This document shows positions 52,161 to 64,000 of a stretch of DNA of 64,000 nucleotides, in pieces. Under the pieces are notes generated by a model. The model searched no databases and was not told the origin of the DNA. It saw only the letters and a program-made list of their open reading frames with translations. The DNA is from Octopus vulgaris (lineage: Eukaryota). The stretch spans positions 13,764,001 through 13,828,000 of the forward strand of contig OX597832.1 of NCBI GenBank assembly GCA_951406725.2. The letters are read 5' to 3'. The stretch's first letter is position 1, and every line of letters begins with the position of its first letter. The translations under genes were made by a program, and so were the position numbers.

Positions 52161-54221
52161 ATATATATTTGTGTTATTTTACATTCACCTAAATTAAAGT
52201 CCATATGACCTACATCATTGGTATGGAGATACAAATCCACATGACAATGAAGCTAGAATAATTTGACATGAACTTATCGAGTATTTTGAGAGACTGACAA
52301 TGAATAATATACACCTTTATATGAAACAGAAATATATATTTGTTTTCATTCCATAAAGAAACTCTGATAAAACCTATGGTAGTTTACTTCGTATCGCCAT
52401 GAGAATATATTGTCTAAACGTACAAAAGGAAGCTGTCGATTTTGTTTTTTACTGCACTGATCTCCTGACACATTAATCAAACAACTGTTTAGCGAATTCA
52501 TATTTTACTACTTTCCCTAATTATATTAGAAAGCGTTATTGAGATTATAATACATACGTTCATACATACACACACACACACGCACAAAAACACACACTCT
52601 AACAGGGAGACAGTCACAGACACACACAGTCATATGGATACACACCTTTATATGTGAATGTATATACATGCATATATGTATAAAGTTGTGTATGTTTGTG
52701 TGTGCGTATAGACGAAACAAACTATCTATATATGTCAATCATATTTTAAAGAGTTATTAACACTCTCTGGCTTCCTAATATATACACATTTTTTCATCTT
52801 CAGTCAATTCCAGTTAATACATCATAATAATGTATATTTTTCTTTGTTCATACAGAATCATTCTATTTTTCTGCAAGAGCTTTCCTAATATCAATTACAC
52901 AATTATCAGACTTTTATAAATATTAGCCTGCACTTTATCGAATCATATAGCCCTTAAAGCTGTGTACGAATTTGCTTCTTTTTATTTTGTAGATAAAGAA
53001 GCATAAATACGAATATTTCATATGCTAATATTTTGTTCTTCATATGGTGATTGCTTCCTCCAAGAAGATTATTGTTTCTGTATTCCAACTCTATCTACAC
53101 CAAGGTTTTCGTATACGTCTGAAATGAAATCAAAATAAATATAATGAATAATTTTTAGAAGCACTATAAATTAATCGATTGATTACGTTATTACTTACGT
53201 TGTAAACTAACACAAGCAATATTCAAGCGAATTTATAGTTTTCGAGGCATAATATTTTGTTTGATATAATTCATTTAAGCGAAACAAATAATACAGTTTG
53301 ACAATTTAAACATGTGAATCAATACTCAGATGAAGGATTTTGTGTAGACTATCGAGTCGAGTTTCTATTTCTTTCAATATTTGTTTAAGTTTTAAGTGAA
53401 ATAAAATTTACATTTTCACAGTTCTCTATCTATGCTACTGACGATTGAAGTTGAACATACTCGAAATTTGTACTTCAAATTTAAAAGGCCCAGTTCAAAT
53501 ACCCTAACGCGTTTTTTTTTTTTGCCTCGCTAAAAGTCCTGCCATCTCTTCCTCTTAAACATTAGCGAGTATAACTTTCGAAATATGATTTTCCACGGTT
53601 TTTTACTCATTTATCATAAAGATAATTTGAAGAGGACTTCAAGAACATATTTCATGAAAACATATATAATAACTGAACCTTTCAAACGTTTAGCAATAAA
53701 ATATATATTTTTGAAAAATATTTTTATAAATACATTACTGATATGCTATAAAAATTATAGCCAGAAATTATTTTTGCTACGACCTTTCGTATGCGAGATA
53801 AACCAATTTTACATTTTAAACGCAAGTCATTACTTTTTACATACCAGCTTCCAGAATTGCGCTTAATATGTAAACTTGGTATATCTAATAACGAAACACC
53901 ACTGCATACAGTGGCTATTTAAATAATGTGATGGAGGATGATTAAAGTGTTGGATGGGGTGAGATGAAGGGTCACCACCATCCCACCGAAATTTGGCATA
54001 CACACTCATTACTTTTTTCTCATCGATCTCACTGTATGTTTACATCTGGTGTCTCGTATACGAAACATCGTAGCAAAAGTCGATGCTCGCTATACAATAT
54101 CTTCTATAGAATATCTGTAGAGATAAGCTTAACAAATAAAGTAAAAGTACAATGCTAACACAGTAGAACGCTGTACTGCCTTATAAAAACATTTAATATA
54201 CTTCATTATATATTATTGCTG

Positions 54222-54503
54222 TGAAGGCGCAGTGGTTAGGGCAGCGGACTTGCGATCGGGGGATTGCGGTTTCGATTGTGTGTGTTTATTGAGCGAAAAC
54301 ACCTAAACAACTCCACGAAGATCCGGCAGGGGATGGTGGGAACTCCTGTTGTATTCTTTCACCACAACTTTCTCTCATTCCCTCTTCCTGTTTCTTGAGT
54401 AACGCTGCGAGGGACTGGCGCCCCGTCCAGCTAGGTGGTGGGGACACATACGCCACAGAGAACGGGAAACCGAGCCCATGAGCCTGGTTAGGCTTTAAAA
54501 GCG
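54222..54503 (+). mobile_element. SINE family C
   Basis: CAGTGGTTAGGGCAGCGGACT...GAGCGAAAACACCTAAA, homologous to 23705 but with a different 3' part. Confidence 0.75.
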
Positions 54504-54945
54504 CTACGTATATCGTTTTATATATCATATAAGACATCAATATCCAAGAATACGATATAATACATGAAGATTGGGAGACCGATGTATAAACATTTACACC
54601 ACTAGTTATAATATGATTTACTCTTCATATTTTCGTGCTATTCATATATTTTTGTTTTAATGTTTACCCGAATAAAAAAATATTGTTTATTCTTTATCTA
54701 GAAGTCTTTAAGTTATAATCCCATACTTTCCGTAATTGAATGATCACAAATTGAGTCATCTCTTTCTTTTTCTCACTCATTCTATGTACTTTCAGCTGAT
54801 TTTCTTACTCTATCGCATAAATTCAATAATTCAGTTTTACGTCAAATTAAATTTACGCTTTCACAGTTCTCAGTCTACGCTTGTCTATGTCTGCCTTCCC
54901 GTCTGTCTTTCTCTCACTCTCTCTCTCTCACACATACTCTCTTAA

Positions 54946-54977
<32 letters not shown>

Positions 54978-55379
54978 ACACACATACTCTCTTAATATCT
55001 CTCTCCCTCTCTATGTCTCTCTTTCTAAATCACATTCTTAATTGTCGCAAGAAATTCTGTCCATTACCAATTAAACCTTTACTTTTCCTGCGAGCGATAT
55101 TTTATTAATTTATTCGAGTGTGATTTTGTAGGTTTCTGACAGAAGCCTAACCAATCACACTGAAAGTGGCATACACGTATTTACTCGGATTTATTCTTTA
55201 TTTCAAATATTAACACTTTAAACCCAAATATTGCGTGACGTATAAACTGTGCTGCGTGTTTTGTTTTCCAATATTTCAGAGGTACATATCCATCCATCCA
55301 TCCATCCATCCATCCATCCACGTCTACACACACTCACACATACAGGCACTCACACATATGCATACGCACACACATTCTA

Positions 55380-55790
55380 TTATTCTTTCCAGTCAGTCAT
55401 TTGACTTTGGCGATACTGGAATACCACCTTCCAGGACGTGGGGGTTTCACTCAGTTTTCGGGGGATTTCTTTGTAATATATGTGCTTATAATATCTGTCT
55501 CTTTTGCTACACCGCTATGTTACGGAGACGTGAACAAACCAGCACCGGTTGTCAGGCAACGGGTCAGGGATAAACAAAGGCACAAAGAAATTCACACACA
55601 CATACGCACACAACATCACACACATATATATATACGATAGGCGTCTTTCAGTTTCCGTTTACTAAATCCACTCAGAATGTTTTGCTCTAGGGGTGACTTA
55701 TAGGAGAAGATACTTGTTCAATTTGTCAAGAAGTGAGACTGAAACTGGAACCATGTAACTAAGAATCAAGTTTCTCACCACACAACTACG
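55380..55790 (-). mobile_element. SINE family A, old
   Basis: CAGTCATTTGACT...TTTCAGTTTCCGTTTACTAAATCCACTCA...GGAACCATGT. Confidence 0.75.
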
Positions 55791-56550
55791 ATTGTATCTA
55801 TATATATATATATATATATATATATGCCTGTATGTATGTATGTGTGTGTGTAAAAATGAAGAAACATATGATGCATGCATGATTATATGTGGAAGAGTGT
55901 GTGTGTACATAGATACAAAAACACACACACACAAACACACGCATGTATTTATATATGTGTGCGCGTGGGTGTTTGTATGAATATCTGTACATATGTGCGT
56001 TTGTGTGTTGCAATACATTTGCATCGTATTCTGTGTCACTGACCAGAGGCCTATGTATGTCATTTTCCCCCTTGAGAATCAGACAAACACAGTTGAATAC
56101 TAGTTTTATTTCAGAAGGAAAGAAAAAGACCGTTAAAGTTTGATTGAATTTACTGCTCGGACAGTCACAACTAATCTTATGTTTGTTTAATGACGACAGA
56201 CTTAAATCTCCCCACCTGTCTCTCTGTCTCTGTCTCAAAACATTACAATTTCATCTCAGACTGACTAGATATTATGTTATGCTTTATAATTAATAAATAT
56301 TAATACACACATATCCCAATAAAAACCATATCACAGTAAGGCAAATATAATTTGGTTAACCGTTTGTTTTTCAACAGTTTCCCTTTTAAACAGTTACTGA
56401 CTCCATATGGTTCAACCAAAAAATAGTGAAGATTTGCATGTGTATGAGTGCGCGCGTGTGTGAATATGAAATTGATAAAAATGCATAAAAATGAGCAAGA
56501 GGAGACCCACGTCATTCGCAAGCTGCATCAATGTTTCAGGTGGTCGAGAG

Positions 56551-57538
56551 CAGAGTCACAAAAGTTTTCCATCCATCGACCACCTTTAGCCACTTTGTCG
56601 TTCCTCATCGACCACCCTCCTCATTTAAAATATCTTAATACCCTACCCTACCGTACAATATCTTAAATGCGCAACGGGTACTGTTACTGGCAATTAAAAT
56701 GTTTTTACATTTAAAACTACGTTTACATGTATACGGCATTAAACTTTCAAATTTATCTAATAGTTTTCACGTTTGGAAAATTTGAAAAGCGCATCATATT
56801 GCTGGAGTATATTTTATTGAAATTGATAAAAATCTATGTGAGGAATGACCATGGTGATCCTGAATCAAGGCGTTGATATCAGGCCGAATGTTGGTCAAAT
56901 TCAGTCTCAAATCGTTTGCGATTTCATGACTGAAGGCAGATTCCACCATTTAAGAGTTTGGAAATGCCAGAAGGAGTGGCTCAGCTGCCGCTTTAAGGTG
57001 TGGGTATCTTTCTCTTATTTTCTTACTGCACTCAGACTTCTGATCTCAAAAGAGGCTTTCGACGCAATATCGACACTTAAATCAGACAGTTCGCTGAATG
57101 AAAGACAACCTCAGCACAACGGATGGCATAGCGTTCGAGTGATCACCATTTCAGCTTCACAAATCCATTACCTACAATGACAAAACCCCCTAAAAAAAGT
57201 GTATGAGGTATGTATTTAATATCTTATCTTCCCTAGCAGGCCTGGTCAATTCCATCAGAAACACTTGACAGTCCGCATCGCCTTAATCACGCCTCTTAAT
57301 TTTCGATTACGATACAGATTACGACATCAAGGCTCGAACGTTTGCAGACTTCTCGCTGCAATGAAAATTGATCATGATTTTCCATGTTTCATTGCGCTGA
57401 GTAAGTATTTGAAGCAGCTCATCTGGGTGAGCTTGTCTTTCGCACGCCGACCTCCATTCCACCCCTTGGCTGTCAGTGACCCCCTGTAAATCCTCGCCGA
57501 TTCCTAGGGGGAGTACTGGGACCTTTTATGTAACCCAT
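56551..57538 (-). mobile_element. hAT (Charlie/Buster-like) element, internally deleted
   Basis: Minus strand YPHLKAAAEPLLLAFPNS*MVESAFSH...DLRLNLTNIRPDINALIQDHHGHSSH* matches the hAT dimerisation domain; both ends are Charlie-like. Confidence 0.75.
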
Positions 57539-58569
57539 GATCTAAATCTATAAGAAGAGTGAAAAGAAGAATTAGAAAAGAATTTGAAGTCTAAGAGTGA
57601 ATATATGTGTAACTGAATGAGTGTTACGTAAAGAATAGTGTAGGGGACGAATATGTTGACAATGTCTGAGAAATGGGATGGAAATAAAGGAATGAATTCA
57701 ATAGCCTATGGGTGTGATGGAGTAAGAAAAAATAGGATGAGAGCTACAATTGCAAACACGATGGTATAAATTTGATTGACGTAAGTATATTGGGCTCTAG
57801 ATCGCATTTTCTAGCTAACACGTAATCTTAAATATTGAGTGATTGGGACTGTTACACACACAGAGGCAGACACACTCATGCACGCTCACGAATACACCTA
57901 TACATAAACACAAGTATACATAAATATCTCTAAATATTTACGTATAGTTGTAGATATATAGATTTGTGTATTGGGAAAATATCGTTTCTCATAAATAAGT
58001 TATATTTACGAAAGTTTGTGTAATAATTCTACTTTTAGATATTTCAAAATATTTTTCATACTTTCATCATTGTACAAGCCGTATATAATTAAACATAACG
58101 TACCCGTCCACTCGATCAAATTTATTGAGCACCATAGATACTTCTTGAAGTTAAACTAATCTTGGCATGTGTTCCTCCTTCGGAGATGGTAATTATAATT
58201 TGATGGATGGAGACACCACTACTGAAATACAAGTATATACTCAAACATTCACATAATTTCTTCCATTGTTTTCTGTATTTCGTCTAGTAGTTGACGCTCA
58301 AAAAGTAAACGAAGAGCCAGGATTTTGTCAGTATTTAACCTTCTTGGCATGAAGCCTGGCTGCCCCGGCCGCCGAGGCGTAAGAGGATTTCATACTCCGA
58401 TCAAGATGACTTAAATGCCTTAAATATTGAATGTTAGGGAGTGTACACACACACACATAAACACACGCACGCACTTACACAGACACAGACACACACACAC
58501 ACACACACAAATACATAAATTCTGACAAAGTCCTTACCAGGCAACTAGAACTAATACAATCACTGCGGT

Positions 58570-59760
58570 TACCTTTACTTTGCTAGAATGGGATAATTAT
58601 ACCCTTCTTCTGGTTAGGTAGTATGTCGACCTCCAAAAGGTTTTCACTCGTTGTACAGGGATTCCGTAACTGCACGATATACCATCTGAACTGTTTGTGC
58701 TGGTGATCGATATGTGTACCGGAAACGACAATGCCCGACGTATTGGGGGGGGGGGAGTTGACATCCGATATTTTGCCAGTTAGATCTGGAGTCCATCAGT
58801 GCTGTGGTTTAGCTACCGCATTTTCCAGTACATGAAGGTGTTGTATACTTGGCTGAATTGTGTTTCGATCGAGTTGTTATGCTTATTTATGATGTTCGGA
58901 TTATGGGCGTAGATTTTGCTGACGACAGTTATTCTTGCTGACTTTCTGGATATCTGGAGGAGCGCTATTCAATGAGAACCACTTGGCCTTAGGCTGTTGG
59001 GCGAAGAAAATGATGTGGTATCTTGGGCTTATTGGAGTTTTTCACTTCTCTCTCTCTTTCTTTCTCTCTCTTTCTCTCTCTCTTTCTCTCTCTATGTCTC
59101 TCTTTCTCTCTCTTTCTCTCTCTCACTCTCTTTCTCTCTCTCTCTGTTGCGTTTGAGGATTTCAAATTTGTTTACAGGCTTCACTTATAGTGTCAATGTG
59201 ATTCATAGCAGCTTTAGCTGCATGCCTAAAGTCCCTACAAGACTTGAACGTGCCATAGTTGAGCTGCGGATCAACTGGATAAGTGTCAGGCGCTCTCTAT
59301 ATATACTGTTTGACAAAGGTTCGGATCTTTAGATCTCTGGTCCTCCATGTTCTGCATTATAGTTGTTAAACTAGAACACTGTCGGCAGATCTTATGAGTC
59401 GTCTGATCTCCATTGGTAACTGGACTGTTCGCGTGATTATGGAATACTATTGGTCAGATTAAGTATCAAACGAACGACTCTACTCAGAAACTGGGATGTA
59501 TTCTGTTACTTGTATGATTCAGAAACGCTAGATACGAAAGTCTGGTCATGCTGCTCGTTATTCTGCTTACTGTGTTATCTTCCCCGAAGATACGGTTGCG
59601 TTGGTGGACCATGATAGTCGACTACATGACACGACTAGGTCTCTCCTGGAAATAACTTGGTCTCAGCTCGATGGATCGCCTGGGAGCACCCGGGAATATA
59701 ACGATAAATGCTCAATGAAGCAAGGTGCTGGAGAAGCGCATGCGCTCACACCTGGATGCG
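58570..59760 (+). mobile_element. RTE-clade LINE 3' portion, decayed, interrupted by (CT)n at 59047-59146
   Basis: LFVLVID; VDFADD/VILAD; PLGL..WAK; TKVRIFRSLVL.VL.YSC.T.TL; VSNERL..ETGM..VTC.I..R. Confidence 0.8.
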
Positions 59761-59962
59761 ACATGAGCGGTAATGCTATCAGAAGCGGATGAAGATATAT
59801 TAATTGGAGAAGTAATAATCCCTGTATCTTCTCTAACGTATATATTTATATACATATGATCTCATAATTAAATGATTTACGTCGCATTTTGTTTTGCTAA
59901 ATTTTAACGCACATCCGATTTATTTATTTGAATTTTGCTTACAACAAATCACGAATAAATAT

Positions 59963-60200
59963 CCTTACGCTTTTAAACTTTTACTTGTTTCAGTCATTTG
60001 ACTATGGCCATACTGGAGCACCGCCTTTTAGCCGAGCAAATCGACCCAAGGACTTATTCTTTGTAAGCCTAGAACTTATTCTATCGGTGTCTTTTGTCGA
60101 ACTGCAAAAATTACGGGGACGTAAACACGCCAGTATCGGTTGTCAAGCGATGTTGGGGAGAGAAACACAGACACACACATATACACACATATACACAGAT
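59963..60200 (-). mobile_element. SINE family A, 3' half
   Basis: High similarity to 20035-20250. Confidence 0.88.
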
Positions 60201-61201
60201 ATACACACATATATACATATATATATATATATAATATCATCACAGTCACCATCATGATCACCCTCATATTCATAATAAGGCAGGATTTTAGCGTTTTCAT
60301 CATTGTGATCGACCAGTTTGCAATGATGATGATCATCATCATTAGCATTAGAACAGCCGTTATTTCACTTATTATTGCTATTATATAGCAACTCCAACGT
60401 ATTTTGATTCACCAATTTATTCATCATCAGCATTACTAATTTTTATTCTTAATATTTTCAGAATTAGTAACGTTTCTCTCCCGCAACGTTTTTCTCCTCA
60501 TTTTCATAACATCATTATCAACATCATCCTCATCACAATAGCTTACGATATCATCAAAATTGTTCTAGAAGTATTCTGCTATTGTTTAATTCTATTGAAC
60601 AAGAAAATGTATTTTGGCAGGAATAAGGAAAAATATGATTAGACGCAAAATATAAAAAGTACAATTGCAATGATGATGATGATGAATATGATGATGATGA
60701 CGGTGGTGGTGGTGATGGTGATGATGTTATGACCACGACGACGATAATGATGAATACGATGATGGAGCAGAAGGAATCAACAAAAAATACAAAAAAAAAA
60801 AACCTTCACAAAACAGGAAAAATTAAACTAATGTGTCAATCGCAGCAAGATTTCATTAAAGGAAATCTTCATATAAAGACATTTTTTTTTTCTTCTTTTC
60901 AAAATCTGCTAAAGACTTAATTTGATTAGTTCCATTTTCGCGATAATCTCATTGTTTAACAGGATTGAATCGTTCAAGAATCACTTGAAGAAAGACCATC
61001 ATAGTTTTTGCCTTCGCTCTATTTTAAGGTTTTAGAAATGTCTGTGAGTCTGCGACTTTAGTTGCGCATACATACAGAAAAAGCTTTCCAACAGATACAC
61101 ACATGCGTATATATATATATATATATATATGTGTGCATGTGTGTATATAAATTTTATTCCTGTTTATACACTTACATATTTGTCAATATATATATTTATG
61201 A

Positions 61202-61252
<51 letters not shown>

Positions 61253-61500
61253 TATGCTTGTATGCATATGTATATGCACAAACATGTGCATTTGGTCTTA
61301 TATATGATGCCGTGTAATTGGATTTTCAGTTTACATCTTTTGCTATGCATGGACTGATCACTGCCTTAGTGCTGCTCCTGGCTTTAGCGCGTATGTGTAT
61401 GCATGTTTCATTGTGTGTGAGTTTTTGTTTCTCTCGGTGTATATGTGATTTTTTTCCCCTTTTTTATGGGTTTTTTTTCGTTATTGTATTTACAAGAACG

Positions 61501-62429
61501 TAAACAATAATAAAAATATTAATGTCTGAGGATTAAATTTTGAAAAATATCTTTATATTTTTACATTTTTTATTTTATATTCTGAAAGAAATGATTTCGA
61601 AAGTTTAGAAAGTATTTAAAAAACAAAACAGGTTTTCTGCAATCACACATTATTGTTTCTCTGCTATGTGGTGGGTGGTGAGCATTATTTGATAGTACTT
61701 TATTGCATTGAAAATTTTGCATATTTTGAGGTAAACACACTATAATTTTAATAACAATTATTTTGAACCACAATTTCTTTTTTTTTTTGTTTTTACACTT
61801 TTCTTTTTGTAAATAAATTGCAATATTTTTTTATCCAATTCTTTTTATTTAAATATAATTCTGTTTATTCGACACGCGATTTCGAATATAATATTTTTCC
61901 CAAAGACATGACTCTGCATCAAATGGAATTTTTATTTTCTAACACCTCAGTGAGCGATGTTTCTTGAAACTTCAAACATCCTTTTGCAGACATATATTAA
62001 ACGGGAGACTGGTGAAATATGACTCCTTTCAAACGTTAAGTTCTCTGTAAGATGTGCGTGGTGATTTGTTAGTTATATTGAATGTCTGATGGTTTGGATA
62101 TGAAAATCGAATTTATCAAGTCGCAGTTACTATCTACATAATATGGAGTGTCAAAACAACCTCTCACTATCTATTATGACATATGTACTCCAGGTGGAAA
62201 GTAACTGAAAACATTAGAAAATTTTGAAATATCGTTTTATCAGGTAGCTAACGCTCTTAGATTCATCCTGCATTCATAAAATTTCGTACATTAATATACA
62301 TACATACACATACATATGCACAGGCCTATATATTCGGTCTTATATTATACGACACCATATATACTAATTTATCTTATAATACTTTTTCGCTATGTATTTC
62401 TGCTCCAGATTTCGGCTCATATTTATATA

Positions 62430-62523
<94 letters not shown>

Positions 62524-62680
62524 TGTTTAACTGAAAGGACGCTTTTGTTTACCCCGGTGTATACATGAAATTCTTCATTTTTTTCTAAAACACCCACAGG
62601 AATATAAACAATAATAAAATATTAATGTCTGAGGGTTAAATTTAACAAAAAAAAAATTCTTTATTTTATAATTTTAGATT
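61501..62680. repeat. Direct repeat of about 70 bp (61501-61570 and 62606-62680), remnant of a ~1.1-kb duplication
   Basis: TAAACAATAATAAAA(A)TATTAATGTCTGAGG.TTAAATTT occurs in both copies. Confidence 0.7.
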
Positions 62681-63439
62681 TTTCACTTTTGATATATCTG
62701 TGTGTTTATGTCTGTATCCATACACGAACAAACACGCACACATGTGTAAGTATGTCTGTCTGTATGTAATTATTGACTCATTATTATTCTAACTGCAATG
62801 TTCAAAATATAATACTACTTCCTTACAATTTAGTCAACTTATGTTTTACAATTTTATCCATATACTCGCAATTTATTCCATACACGCAAATTATTTATTT
62901 ATTTTCGTTTTCATCGTACTTCTCCTTTCTTTCTTTTTCTGTCTGCATAATTTATTTCGCGCCACATCTTTCCTATATTTTCCTCTCAACGCTGTTTTCC
63001 AACAGCGATTGTTTATGTTAATTAGTGAAAACTAAGTATTTTTTTTTTCTGCACACAATCATAAAATATTATGTTATCGAAATTTTTTTGTCTTATATAT
63101 ATATTATATGACTGTATTCTATTGACGGCCGTAGCTGGAAGGTCAGTAATTCAGAATAATGATTGTGATATTTTGAGATTACAGAAGAAAAAAAAATATG
63201 ATCTTCAGTGACAGGAACAAACAAGTGTCGAGTTCGCTCTTATAAGCATCAGCATAACTACACCTACCAACACTGCATCTACTTTAATAAAACAACTATC
63301 ACAACAGCCTCCACCACCACCACCACTACCACCACTACCACCACTACTACAATAGCAAGAACACGCAAAAATCATCATCGTATTTCTGTCGCTAACATCC
63401 ATCGCCTACTCATCATCGTTATCGCACTTCTCCTCCGAC

Positions 63440-63581
63440 TCCCTTCCTCCTCCTCCTCCTCCCCTCCTCCTCCCCCACCTCCCCTCCTCTCCCACCACCT
63501 CCCCTCCTCCTCCTACACCTCCTCCTCCCCACCACCTCCTCCTCCCCACCACCTCCTCCTCCCCACCACCTCCTCCTCCCC
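63440..63581. repeat. (CCT/CCA)n purine-pyrimidine-skewed tract
   Basis: Directly visible. Confidence 0.9.
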
Positions 63582-63783
63582 AGTTCAGAGTGGCGCACAC
63601 AGTGACCAGGTAGTTGTAGCCGTCTTTGCCTGACCTTTTCGCTTACTTCCAGTCGGATTCCCTGAAGGCGTTCATTTGTCATGTATTGTTGTCGTATTAA
63701 GTTTAGGGTCATTCATATCATGGTAATTTCTTTGTCAGGGTCCATGTTTCATTGCCATATAACAACACAGATTGCAATGACCT
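63582..63783 (-). mobile_element. RTE-like LINE ORF2 C-terminal fragment
   Basis: SVLLYGNETWTLTKKL.../LNLIRQQYMTNERLQG....VSEKVRQRRLQLPGHCVRHSEL. Confidence 0.78.
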
Positions 63784-64000
63784 GGGAGAATACTAGAGCT
63801 CATGTGATCTAATCTGATGGAGAAACGAAATTCTTTAAAATGCTAGATGGGGTGCAAGAAAGAGATACGCTTGCACCTTACATCTTTGTAATTGTATTGG
63901 ATAATGCAATGTGGTAGGCTATAGACAACAATGACGAAGACATTGGTTTCAACATAGACCGATAAAAATCGCGTAAAGTACTAACAGTGACCTGAACGTC
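63784..64000 (+). mobile_element. RTE-like LINE RT fragment, inverted relative to its neighbour
   Basis: ENTRAHVI*SDGETKFFKMLDGVQERDTLAPYIFVIVLDNAM matches the GV.QGDTLAPYLF motif. Confidence 0.8.

Noticed and set aside
59665-59700. 5S rRNA-like GATCGCCTGGGAGCACCCGG (weaker similarity near 25660)
   Set aside because: It falls in the RTE C-terminal coding remnant, is too short, and has no 5S 5' region.
63208-63633. Pro/Ser/Thr-rich 141-aa ORF
   Set aside because: Built from (ACC)n and (CCT)n repeats and runs into an antisense RTE fragment.

Overview
This is AT-rich, microsatellite-saturated eukaryotic DNA, most likely from an octopus or other cephalopod (inferred from repeat content). I cannot support any intact host protein-coding gene. 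Nearly all ORF-track entries are translations of (TA)n, (CA)n or (ATT)n repeats. The window is mostly decayed transposons: a Neptune-type Penelope-like element (PLE) 3' end (RT C-terminus plus GIY-YIG, one frameshift); R4/Dong-like and HERO-like RLE retrotransposons; L1/Tx1, RTE and Jockey/I-like LINE relics; a full-length decayed Tc1; mariner, pogo/Tigger and hAT relics; a solo LTR; and many tRNA-derived SINEs. The strongest unannotated signal is a set of about ten sequence-diverse hammerhead ribozyme (HHR) motifs, read by eye. Most have the PLE-type minimal stem III with a palindromic loop. Several sit in short non-coding units next to (TA)n tracts, four of them arranged as inverted repeats, including a 207-bp near-perfect palindrome with an HHR on each strand. 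Some have a CCGANGA core variant or a very long stem II, and one appears circularly permuted. One HHR appears to be the tail of a tRNA-headed SINE that was later split by a Dong-like insertion. All folds and family calls are manual and unverified.
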